A stretch of DNA of 63,219 bases, filler included. It is 9 parts of 9 records of this genome, joined end to end, with 100 filler letters (N's around TTAATTAATTAA, not from the genome) between each part and the next. Parts side by side here need not be neighbours in the genome. Positions count along the whole stretch, not along the records: positions 39,690 to 48,970 come from DRR723986_33744; positions 49,071 to 54,098 come from DRR723986_33759; positions 54,199 to 63,219 come from DRR723986_33763; 6 more parts are not named here. One strand, written 5' to 3'. This document shows positions 46,878 through 57,200 of this stretch, piece after piece; the first letter of the stretch is position 1, and each line of letters opens with the position of its first letter. The notes beneath the pieces were generated by a model that saw only the letters and a list, made by a program, of their open reading frames with translations, made no database searches and had not been told where the DNA came from. The position numbers were made by a program, and so were the translations under genes.

Positions 46878-48656
46878 ATGTACTTCACGGAAAAGTCCAA
46901 TGTCAAAGACGTGTTTCTGTATTTGCGGAAATCCACCGATGAAACCTCCGGGAAACAAGTCCGATCCATCCGCGATCAACGCCAAGACTGTCTTGTTTTG
47001 GCAGACCGGTTAGATTTGAATGTCATAGAAGAGTTTCGAGATGAAGCCAGTGCGAGAAGACCACACAATCGTCCTGAGTTTGACCGTATGTTAAAAGAAC
47101 TGAAAATCAAGAACCCTAAAAAACGCCGAGCTGATGGCGTCTTGTCGTGGCACCCAAACCGTCTTTCTCGTAATGCCCTCGAAAGCGGTGTTGTCATACA
47201 AATGTTAGACGATGCATTAATACTCGATTTATTCTTTGTGGCATACATACTTCACAATGACAGTTCCGGGAAAGAACATTTAGCGATGGAATTTGCCCGA
47301 GCCAAAGGCTATTCTGATTCCTTATCGGATGTCATACTTCGAGGCGTTAAGAATCGAGAACAAGAAGGAGCTATTTTATACGGAATGAAATTTGGCTATC
47401 AAAAACTAAGAGAACACCGAGAAGCCCATAAATCGAGTTTATTCCCCGTGCCTCACCCCATCAATTTCCCGATTGTACAAACCATTCTCACATTAGGGGC
47501 GAAGTGAAAATCTATTGATGAAATACGATTGATATTGAAAAAAGAGAACATGAAGAATTCAAATGGAAAGATACCATTTCGGACGAGTATCTATCGCTAT
47601 TTTAACGACCCATTTTACTACGGACTGAGCAAAATAAACAAGGGGCAAAAGAATGAGCGTGAAATAGACTTTCGGAACATTACGGCTCCTGATGGCACAC
47701 CATTTACTCCAGCATGGACAGAAGAAGACTTTTGGCAGTATCAGCGACGAAATCGAGGCGATATACCAAAACCCAAATCCTCAAAATTGAATCACCCACT
47801 GCGAGGTGGATTTGTTCGATGTGGTAGAGATGGAGAACATGCCATGTACGCCGTTGAACGGAGCATCAAAGTCGCAGGCGGGAAACGTATAAAACAACTG
47901 GGATACGAAAAGCCCAATGGCAAATTAAAGCAAGTTCGAGTAAAAGCCGAGATCATTTTTGAAGCCATTGCCAAAGACCTTGAAGGTGGTTTAGGGCTTA
48001 CGAGGAAGGAACAAATTCAATTCCAGACGGAAGCAGTACAATACGCCGTAAAACACCGGCATGACCGAAAATTCAAACGCAAACGCTTGACCGAAACAAC
48101 AGCATTAAACGAACGAGATTTGGAACAACTGGAAATCGAGAAAGCGGCACTTGTCCGTCACAATGAATACGATAAAGATGCTCGCAAGCGAATTGAAGAC
48201 CGTAAAAAACAGCTTAAAAAGGAGCTTCAATCATACCAAACGGAACGTAAGGCGATTGACCGAGAATTTGAAGAGGATATGTTTACCTTCAAAACATTTC
48301 TCGAACTAAGCGTTAATGCTGATGAGTACTGGCTTAAAGCGAATCATGTTGAAAAACACAAAATCGCAGAAATCATGCTCTTGAACCTGATAGTTGAAGG
48401 GCGAGAAGTCCGCTCTATCACTTACAAAAGTCCATTTGCAGAATGGATAAAAAGGCGAAAAATCCACACTGGTCGGGAAGAGTGTACAAAACTTGAACCT
48501 CTATTGCAATGGCTGTTTGACTATATAGAACGTGAACCAGAGGTCTTTAAACCGATAGTGGATTTTCAGGAAAATGTGGCTTGTCAGATTGTTGACAGAA
48601 TGAAGGCGACAGGGGACAAGAGATTAGCCACAAGAAGGTTGAACCTAAATGTTTGA
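46878..48656 (+). pseudogene. Large serine recombinase interrupted by one in-frame TGA (47505-47507)
   Basis: YLRKST catalytic Ser, RPEFDRML, WHPNRLSRN and KFGY. The two ORFs are in one frame (LGAK*KSIDEIRLIL), followed by NDPFYYG, a degenerate Zn ribbon and a coiled coil. Confidence 0.85.
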
Positions 48657-48918
48657 ATCACCTGAAAGCAGAGAGCATCCTTTGGAAATGTTTACTGATT
48701 TGGAGTGAAGCGAGCATTAGTTAAGTTTAGAACGCCGATACAATTCATGATTACATTACCAGGTGTCTCATTCGATCCAAACTCTATAGCTAAAGAGAAC
48801 GGTTTATGTGTCAGTGGTAGTCTTTGTGTTCAGTTTGTCCTCTTACTAAGGCACAAATTGGGTGAAGGCGAGACCAAGCCGATGTGAGATTTGTACGAAT
48901 AGTGAACCGACTCTAAAC

Positions 48919-48954
48919 AAAAAAAGCCTCACAGACCAGAGTCTGCAAGGCTTT
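48919..48954 (-). terminator. Intrinsic terminator following a probable tRNA 3' end at the contig edge
   Basis: Minus strand reads CACCA-ACTCAACCTCT-AAAGCCTTGCAGAC-TCTG-GTCTGTGAGGCTTTTTTT. Confidence 0.65.
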
Positions 48955-49070
48955 AGAGGTTGAGTTGGTGNNNNNNNNNNNNNNNNNNNNNNNNNNNNNN
49001 NNNNNNNNNNNNNNTTAATTAATTAANNNNNNNNNNNNNNNNNNNNNNNNNNNNNNNNNNNNNNNNNNNN

Positions 49071-49107
49071 CTTAGGGCTCGACCCGGGTGTCTTGAAGAC
49101 TGAAATC
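49071..49107. repeat. Half of REP-like palindrome at contig start
   Basis: CTTAGGGCTCGACCCGG...GACTGAAATC matches the reverse complement of 28512-28528 and the GACTGAAATC at 20071-20080. Confidence 0.7.
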
Positions 49108-49330
49108 AAGAGATTTTCAGCTAACATCCACCCAACCAAGCACAAACTTTTCAGCCCGAATTCTTCCGGCTGAAAACCAGATTCTGCGCCCCAAACCCAA
49201 ATCCACCCAGACAGACCCCAAAGCTCTCAACCTCCAGACGCAAAGACAAAAAGACTTCCAGACTCGCAGCAAAGGCTGCAGGACTCAAAATCTGGAGCAG
49301 CGAAGGCTCGCGACCTGCGCTCCAGACTGC

Positions 49331-49383
49331 GCGACTAACAAAAAGAAAACAAGTAAGCCACCAGCCAGGGGGCGAAACGCTCA
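49331..49383 (+). repeat. Degenerate dispersed intergenic repeat, copy C
   Basis: GCGACTAACAAAAAGAAAACAAGTAAGCCACCAGCCAGGGGGCGAAACGCTCA. Confidence 0.55.
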
Positions 49384-49477
49384 AAACCCGCCAGAAATAA
49401 TCAGATGACGCCAAAACCGTTTTAAGACCGTGATGCCGATAATTCCGTAAACGATGCAAATTCCGCAAGCGCGTGTC

Positions 49478-49900
49478 ATGAATAATCAGATGCAATTTAA
49501 GTACGACCGCAAACTGCCCCCGGACGCCGTCCTGGAGTTATATTATGACGCCGGATGGAGTGCCTATACCCAGGATCCGCCCAAACTGCAACGTGCACTC
49601 CGCAACTCAATCGCGCTGGTCAGTGCCTGGGAAAACTCACAGTTGCTGGGACTCGTGCGTGCCGTTGGTGATGCCGAAACGATTCTGTATGTGCAGGACA
49701 TTCTCGTGCTCCAAAGCCATCGGCGCCGCGGACTGGGACGTGAACTGCTACGCCGGCTGCTCGAACAATTCGCAGATGTGCGCCAGGTGGTGCTGCTGAC
49801 CGACGACACGCCTGTGACACGTGCGTTTTATGCTGCACTGAACTTCCGCAGTTGCGACGACAGTAAACTCGTGGCGTTTGCAAAACTGGCCAATGCCTGA
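49478..49900 (+). CDS. GNAT family N-acetyltransferase
   Basis: LYYDAGWSAY, LLGLVRAVGD, YVQDILV..HRRRGLGREL and AFYAALNF. Confidence 0.9.
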   Translation: MNNQMQFKYDRKLPPDAVLELYYDAGWSAYTQDPPKLQRALRNSIALVSAWENSQLLGLVRAVGDAETILYVQDILVLQSHRRRGLGRELLRRLLEQFADVRQVVLLTDDTPVTRAFYAALNFRSCDDSKLVAFAKLANA

Positions 49901-50019
49901 GCCATAAACGTGAGACCTAAGCCGCGCCTGCTTATATTGTGCCCGAACAATTCCGGAGACTCGTTTTTATGCGCCGCATGCATCTTACCCCAGCTTTATG
50001 CGTCAAAGGTTGCAAGGCC

Positions 50020-50484
50020 ATGTTGATACTGGGCCTGCTGCTGACGAGCCTGGCTTGTGGATCGGCCGTGCGTTTTACGAGCTCGCCCTCGGGTGGTGCG
50101 ATAAAGAGTGGTCCGCAAACCGGCACACAGGGCGGCACCTCCGCCGGCGGACAAACTCACTCGGGCAACGGTAATGACTCGCCCAACAGCGAAGGTATAT
50201 TCCGTGGCATTGCCAGCTACTACGGCGAAAAGTTTCATGGTCGGCTGACAGCAAACGGCGAGACATTTGACCAGAACGAAATGACGGCGGCACATAAATC
50301 GCTGGCCTTCGGCACCGTAGTTCGTGTTAAACACGTTGCCAATGGGCGCGAAGTAATCGTACGCATTAACGACCGCGGTCCATTTGTTAAAGGGCGAGTC
50401 ATCGATTTATCGCGTGCGGCGGCCGATAAACTCGGTATGATCCGCGAAGGTGTTGCCATGGTCGAAGTCACGATCATCCAATAA
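50020..50484 (+). CDS. rlpA: Septal ring lytic transglycosylase RlpA family lipoprotein
   Basis: Lipobox [37 protein letters not shown] and RVIDLS. Start uncertain (49939-50020). Confidence 0.92.
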   Translation: MLILGLLLTSLACGSAVRFTSSPSGGAIKSGPQTGTQGGTSAGGQTHSGNGNDSPNSEGIFRGIASYYGEKFHGRLTANGETFDQNEMTAAHKSLAFGTVVRVKHVANGREVIVRINDRGPFVKGRVIDLSRAAADKLGMIREGVAMVEVTIIQ

Positions 50485-50545
50485 GTTCGCACGGCAAATT
50501 TGAGAATAGCATCGGTAGGTAGATAAAACTGAAAGGTAGTAAACA

Positions 50546-51856
50546 ATGAGTGAGCTACGAGAAGCTGAGGTTCTCTCGCTTGTACAAAAAGATGTTAACA
50601 CGCTCAAGGGCGTGGCGACAGCCAAGGACCTGGCCGCACGCAACGGCATTCCGATCGACGCAGCCCGCGACGGCCTGGAACGCCTGATGGAATTGTTTAA
50701 CTGCGGCGTTTCCGTGCGCAGTGAAACCGGTGAAGTCCTCTTCCGCTTTGAATATCCCCTACGCAAACGCGGTACAAAAACACTAAAAGAAAAGATTCAC
50801 GTGCTGCGCGCCTGGCTCTGGAAAGCCTTCGTGATTGTCTACAAAGCATCGATTGGCATCGTCCTGCTGGCCTATTTTGCAATCTTTGTGATCATTCTGA
50901 TTGGCCTGGTTCTGCGCGGCTTCGCCGATGATGATAGCGACAGTGATGGCCCCGGACTAATGATTGCAGCCCTGTTCCGCGCCGTCTTTGACGGTTTGCT
51001 GTTCAGCACAATCTATCGCGGTCCAATTGAATACGGCATTGACGGCGACGGCATGCGTTACCGGCGTAAAAAAGAACTGAAAGAAAAGGGTGACAACACA
51101 TTTTCAAAGTTCATAAAAGGTGTCTACTCCTTCGTTTTTGGCCCGGACCGTCCGCAATTTGGCGACCGCGACCAGGCACGTGAAGTCGCGGCTTTTATCC
51201 AGAAGAACAAAGGCAAGTTAACATCGGGTCAGTTAATTGCGCTGACGGGCTGGACCTACGACGAGGCTGAACAACGCCTGGCCGACTATCTTGTCAAATT
51301 CAAAGGTTCACCTGAGATTGAAGAAAGCGGCACCGTCGTTGGTGACTTTGCGCAGCTGGAAGAAGGCAAAGCCGATGAGTCTGCAATCGTGTATTATCAC
51401 GACGAAACCGATGCGCCGCACGAGTTAACCGGCAATGGTGGCGGCCGCAATGCTGTTATCATCCTGATGAATTCGTTTAATATTATTGCCGCAGGTTATC
51501 TGATTGCCGAACTGGACATTCACCCGATGCTCGGGATTGTGCCGCTCGTGTACTCCGCCTTGTTTTTCCTGATCCCCCTTCTGCGTATCCGACGTGTTAA
51601 AAAGCGTGAAGAACGCAGACATCGCGATAATATTCGGCGCAAAATCTTTGGCGTGCTCATGGCGGTTAAAGGCCAGGCGGTTACCGGCGCATGGATTGTG
51701 CAGTCGGCACGGATTGCAGATAAGGACCGCCAGTTGGCGCACGACATTCTGGGTGAAATGGCCGTCGAAATGCAGGGTGACATCTCGCTCGACGATCAGG
51801 GTCAGCCGATGTATGCCTTCCCGCGTTTCTGGCGTGAGCTGGAGACGACGGCTTAA
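50546..51856 (+). CDS. Uncharacterised membrane protein with wHTH-like repeats (At5g03900-like), paralog 1
   Basis: ATAKDLAA...VRSETGEVLFRF, TM segment, FIKGVYSFVFGPD, FIQKNKGKL, LVKFKGSPEIEESG and GDISLDDQGQPMYAFP. Confidence 0.75.
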   Translation: MSELREAEVLSLVQKDVNTLKGVATAKDLAARNGIPIDAARDGLERLMELFNCGVSVRSETGEVLFRFEYPLRKRGTKTLKEKIHVLRAWLWKAFVIVYKASIGIVLLAYFAIFVIILIGLVLRGFADDDSDSDGPGLMIAALFRAVFDGLLFSTIYRGPIEYGIDGDGMRYRRKKELKEKGDNTFSKFIKGVYSFVFGPDRPQFGDRDQAREVAAFIQKNKGKLTSGQLIALTGWTYDEAEQRLADYLVKFKGSPEIEESGTVVGDFAQLEEGKADESAIVYYHDETDAPHELTGNGGGRNAVIILMNSFNIIAAGYLIAELDIHPMLGIVPLVYSALFFLIPLLRIRRVKKREERRHRDNIRRKIFGVLMAVKGQAVTGAWIVQSARIADKDRQLAHDILGEMAVEMQGDISLDDQGQPMYAFPRFWRELETTA

Positions 51857-52331
51857 AGTGGCGCAATTGACGCCGGCACTGCCGCTATTCGGCTGATGTA
51901 GATTGATCTTCCGGATCTGCAGTTTTAGTCCGCAGTTTGCATCTGCAGTTTTAGATTTGACAATCGGCGCATTACACTTGTTAAATAGTTCTTGCGCCGG
52001 TCTTGTTATTTTTACGCACATATTCTCACGGTCGCCTGACTGCATGGGAAGCGAACTTTGCCCGGCAGGAAATGACAATCGCACAATGTCATTCCGCGCA
52101 TGCCTGACTTTTCAGTCGGGCCTGTTAAACATGTCGGCACAGGCCGCGAAACAGCCGTCTGCCGAACACAAAATGCGCCAATGTTAACCGGCGCTTTTTT
52201 TTGGTGTCTGCAGGCCAGGGTTCCCAAAACATGAGTTTAACTCATTGCAGTCCCCCAAAGACCACATCACTATCTAAAGAGTACAATCCAACCAGGAGCG
52301 GCCGGTTCTTATAACTCAAAGGCTACATTTA

Positions 52332-53690
52332 ATGAAGGATCTCAAAGAGGCCGAAGTCCTTTCTTTGGTGCAAAAGGACGTTAATGCTCTCAAGGGTTCG
52401 GCAACTGCCAAGGACCTGGCGGCACGCATCGGCATCCCGATTGATACCGCACAAAGCGGGCTGGAACGCATGATGGAGCTGTTTAACTGCGGAGTTTCGG
52501 TACGCAGTGAAACCGGCGATATTCTCTTCCGATTTGATTACCCGCTGCGTAAACGCGGAAGCAAAACGTTTAAAGAAACCATGCACGAAGTTGGTGCATG
52601 GCTCTTCAGGGCCATCACAATTGTGTACCGCGCTTCCGTTGGAGTTGTCCTGCTGGCATACTTCCTTGTTTTTATGTTGATCACATTTATCATTGCCCTG
52701 CTTAGCAGTAGCGACAATGACGGCGAGAATCTGGTTAGCAGCCTGATCGGCTCGATGTTTCAGGCTTTGATTGACGGAGCATTTGGAAACTCTGACTCAG
52801 ATTTCTTTTTCGACCGCTCTAATGATGACACATACATGGGCGATGCGGGAGGCGGCGATAATACAAGCAGGAAGCCCACCAAAAAGCAGCAGAAGGAAAA
52901 GAAGAAACCAGGCTTTGGTTCCAAGTTTATTAAAAGTGTTTTTGCATTTGTCTTTGGTCCGGATCGTCCCAATTTTGGATCACGTGATCAGGCGCGCGAA
53001 GTGGCGGCATTCATACAGCGCAACAATGGCAAGTTAACATCCGGCCAGCTGATAGCACTTACTGGTTGGAAATACGACAAAGCGGAACACGCACTGGCAG
53101 ACTATTTGGTTAAGTTTAAAGGCCATCCGGAGCTGGAAGAAAGCGGCACGGTAATCGGCCATTTCATTCGACTGGAAGACGGCAAGGCGGATGACAGCGC
53201 CATCCTGTATTACAAGGATGAAATTGAGGGCAAGATTACTGTAACCGGTAATAGTGGCTGGCTTAACGCAGTCATCATTTTCATGAATATCTTTAACTTT
53301 TTTGCTGCGGGCATCGTCACTCTGCTGGTGGATATTAACCCTTTACTTGACGCCTACCCCGTTTTTGGCTCGATTCCACTGATTTATTCGCTTCTGTTTT
53401 TTGTCATTCCAATTTGCCGCATTCCATTTGTCAGACGCGCCGAGCGCCAACGTCAGCGCGAGAATGTACGCCGCAAACTCATTGGGGTTATTATGGCCGT
53501 CGAAGGTGAAGGAGTAACGGAAGAATGGATCATTACATCGGCACAGCTTTCGAAAAAAGAAAGTCGCCTGGCACGCAAAGTTCTGAGTGAACTGGTGATT
53601 GAGCTGCAGGGCGATATTTCACTCGACGACGAAGGCAAACCGCTTTACACTTTCCAACGTTTGTGGACTGAGTTGGCGGTCAAAGCTTAA
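52332..53690 (+). CDS. Uncharacterised membrane protein with wHTH-like repeats (At5g03900-like), paralog 2
   Basis: Colinear with 50546-51856, with long near-identical blocks (EAEVLSLVQKDVN, DQAREVAAFIQ, GKLTSGQLIALTGW). Confidence 0.75.
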   Translation: MKDLKEAEVLSLVQKDVNALKGSATAKDLAARIGIPIDTAQSGLERMMELFNCGVSVRSETGDILFRFDYPLRKRGSKTFKETMHEVGAWLFRAITIVYRASVGVVLLAYFLVFMLITFIIALLSSSDNDGENLVSSLIGSMFQALIDGAFGNSDSDFFFDRSNDDTYMGDAGGGDNTSRKPTKKQQKEKKKPGFGSKFIKSVFAFVFGPDRPNFGSRDQAREVAAFIQRNNGKLTSGQLIALTGWKYDKAEHALADYLVKFKGHPELEESGTVIGHFIRLEDGKADDSAILYYKDEIEGKITVTGNSGWLNAVIIFMNIFNFFAAGIVTLLVDINPLLDAYPVFGSIPLIYSLLFFVIPICRIPFVRRAERQRQRENVRRKLIGVIMAVEGEGVTEEWIITSAQLSKKESRLARKVLSELVIELQGDISLDDEGKPLYTFQRLWTELAVKA

Positions 53691-53779
53691 CCTTCTCCCC
53701 CTGCCAAAGTGCTTAACAGTTTCGAAATTCCAAATCGGCGCAATTGACTTCACCTGCAAGTCTTTGCGCCGATTTTGTT

Positions 53780-53840
53780 TGATTGCAGCGCCCCCGGCAC
53801 TCTGTTTGGCGGCTTGCTTTTTGAGCTTTTTGTTAATCGC
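53780..53840 (-). repeat. Degenerate dispersed intergenic repeat, copy D
   Basis: Minus strand reads GCGATTAACAAAAAGCTCAAAAAGCAAGCCGCCAAACAGAGTGCCGGGGGCGCTGCAATCA. Confidence 0.55.
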
Positions 53841-54200
53841 TGAGCTACAATCCCAAGGTCTTTGAGCTGTAAGTCTTTTTGGCCCAAGACTAGTTGGCCA
53901 GGCGGTTAAATGAGCAACCGACAGTTGGTCAGAATTCTGCCGCTACGGTATGCGGCGCATTGTTCCGTCGGCGAACGTTGCGCCTTGTGTAGGAGGCGCA
54001 AAATTCCAATGATTTGCCAATGTTTGTACCGCTGAATCTTTTTGCCTTGTGTTGAGTACCTGGACGGCTGCAATTTGTTGGTGGGGGCTGTTTCTAACNN
54101 NNNNNNNNNNNNNNNNNNNNNNNNNNNNNNNNNNNNNNNNNNTTAATTAATTAANNNNNNNNNNNNNNNNNNNNNNNNNNNNNNNNNNNNNNNNNNNNTC

Positions 54201-57200
54201 ATGTGTACACATGATGTGAAAGGTAACTTTTTAACTGTCAATGATTCAGGAGCGAATATTTTAGGGTATACGGTGAATGAAATAAAAGCTATGAGCCTTT
54301 ATGATATCATGCCCACCGACAAGCATGATGAACTGGAAAATTACCTAAAAGTAATTTTAACGAAGGGCAGAGCCAATGGGCAGATGATTACCAAGCACAA
54401 AAATGGTTCTCAGCGCATTTGGCTATTTAATAATGTACTGGAGAAAAGTAAGGTGGATGATTCCACCTACATAATCGGTAATGCCATTGATATTACTTCT
54501 CGCTCAGAGCTTCAGGAAGACCTAAATAAGACAAAGCAATTGCTGGAGGAAACGGGTAAGGTAGCGAGAGTAGGAGGCTGGAGTATTGACCTTATCAGTA
54601 AAAATGTGCTTTGGACACCCGTCACCAGATTAATTCATGAAGCTGAAGATGATTTTGAACCGAACATAGAAACCGGAATCAATTTTTATAAAAAAGGGGA
54701 AAGTAGAAATAGAATTACAGAAGCTGTGGAGAATGCTATAGCTACTGGTGAGCCCTGGGATTTAGAATTGGAACTAGTCACCCAAAAGGAGAATGTATTA
54801 TGGGTGCGGACAATTGGGCACCCGGAGTTTACTGATGGGGTTTGTACTCGGTTGTTTGGGACATTTCAGGATATAGATCAAAGAAAGAAGATTGAGCTGG
54901 TAGCGGCAAGGGCCAAAAAAACACTGGATGATGTATTTAATGCTTCTTCCGAAGTAAGCTTTATTGCTACAGATCTAAACGGAGTGATCACTGTTTTTAA
55001 TCGGGGAGCTGAAAAATTGCTGGGCTACTCCTCTGAAGAAATGGTTGGTAAGCAAACCCCGGCATTGATTCATTTAGAAGAAGAAATAGAAGAGCTTGGG
55101 TCAGAACTTTCGGAGGAATTAGGAAGAAAAGTTTCAGGATTTGAGGTGTTCATTACTCGTCCTGAGCGAGATGGTTCTGAGCAAAGAATCTGGACATACC
55201 TGAGAAAAGATGGAGACAAGCGTTTGGTTTCTTTGATTATTACTCCAATAAAAGATCCTGATTTTACAAGCATAGGATACTTAGGTGTAGCCATTGATAT
55301 TACGGAGAATAGAAAAGTAGAGCTTGACCTCATCAATGAAAAGAGCAGACTTTCTGCCTTTGTAGAACATACTCCAGCAGCTGTAGCCATGCTCGATAAA
55401 GAAATGCGCTACCTAGCCGTCTCTAATCGATGGATAGATGAGTATAAATTGAGCGGTAGAGCCTTGATCGGTGAATCGCACTACGATGTATTTACTGAAA
55501 GCATTACACCTTCAGCGGTGGAAAGACATAAGCGGGTATTAAACGGAGCTATAGAAAAGAGAGAAGAAGAGGTATATACGCTTCGAGGATTTGATAAGCC
55601 GCAACATGTGACTTGGGAGATGCGCCCTTGGTATCTCCACGATGGGGAAATAGGAGGAATGATGATTTTCACACAAAACATCACCTCACTCATTAGTCAG
55701 CGGGAGGAATTAAAATTGGCCAAAGGCCAGGCAGAGGAAGCAAGTAAAACAAAATCTGAATTTTTGGCTAATATGAGCCATGAAATCAGAACTCCCCTGA
55801 ATGGAGTAATAGGATTTACTGACTTGTTGCTCAAAACTAAATTAAATGAGACACAGCATCAATACTTGTCTATCGTAAATCAATCCGGGAATGCCTTACT
55901 AAGTATAATCAATGATATTTTGGATTTTTCTAAAATAGAAGCAGGTAAACTTGAACTGGATATTGATAAGGCTGATCTCTACGAAATGTGTGCTCAGGCT
56001 ACGGATATTATTGCCTATCAGATCCAGAATAAGGGCCTTGAAATGCTTCTCAATATCGAAAGTGATCTTCCTAGATTTATCTATGCTGATTCGGATAGAC
56101 TGAAGCAAGTTTTGGTCAATCTATTGGGCAATGCCTCAAAATTCACTGAAAAAGGTGAAATAGAATTGAAGGTGGAAAACCTAGGGTCTAAGGGACAGTA
56201 TTCTAAATTGAGATTTTCAGTTAGAGACACTGGCATCGGAATTCATCCGGAAAAACAGAAAAAGATTTTCGAAGCTTTCTCCCAGGAAGACAGTTCTACT
56301 ACCAAAAAATATGGTGGTACCGGCTTGGGTTTAACTATTTCCAATCGTCTCCTTGGGTTGATGGATAGCACCTTGCAAGTGATTTCAACTATTGGTCAGG
56401 GAAGTACCTTCTTTTTTGAGGTGATCTTGGAGACTGAAATGGGAGAACCTATAGAATGGTTTGAAATTGAAGACATCAAGAAAGTCTTGGTAGTGGATGA
56501 CAATGATAATAACAGGCTGATAGTTAGCCAGATGCTATTACTGAAGAATATACAATCCACCGAAGCTAAGAATGGTCTGGAAGCACTTCAGATTTTGGCC
56601 ACAGGAGAACATTTTGATGTGATCCTAATGGATTACCATATGCCGTTTATGGATGGTCTGGAGACTATAAAGAAAATCAAAGAGAGCTTCATAGCTGATT
56701 TAAGTGAAATGCCTGTGATTTTGCTTCAAAGCTCTTCTGACGATCAAAAAATACTGAAGGTGTGTAAGGAGCTTGGCGTGAAGCACCGCTTGGTGAAGCC
56801 CATCAAACTTCAGGATTTTTATTATACCCTTTCCCGCCTACATACCCATGAGGAAAATACAAACAGTGCAAAAAAGGAAAGTGTAGTGCTGCAGCAGACT
56901 CAATACAAAATTTTAATAGCAGAAGACAATACGGTGAATATGCTGCTTGCAGAAACTATTATTGAGCGCACCTTTCCCAACGCCATTTTGATCAAAGCAA
57001 CTAATGGGTTGGAGGCCTTAGAATATTGTAAAATGGAAACGCCTGATCTGATTCTAATGGATTTGCAAATGCCTGAAATGAATGGGTATGAAGCCACTAG
57101 GAATATCCGGGCAATTACTAAAGACAGGCAGGTGCAAGTACCCATTGTTGCCCTTACAGCTGGAAATGTAAAAGGTGAACGTGAGAAATGTATGGAAGCG

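Larger units (their letters stand above)
43553..48970. mobile_element. Putative integrative defence island (RloC-like gene + HTH + small ORFs + large serine recombinase) next to a probable tRNA 3' end
   Basis: Visibly AT-richer than 40224-43405, recombinase/excisionase-like gene content, and a CACCA plus terminator at the right edge. Left boundary not defined. Confidence 0.6.

Noticed and set aside
47505-47507. Selenocysteine at the recombinase TGA
   Set aside because: The position corresponds to a Gly-type turn, not a Cys, and no SECIS-like hairpin is evident in the A-rich downstream sequence.
48705-48887. 60-aa ORF after the recombinase as an independent gene
   Set aside because: No recognisable features. 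Only relevant if the UGA read-through hypothesis holds.
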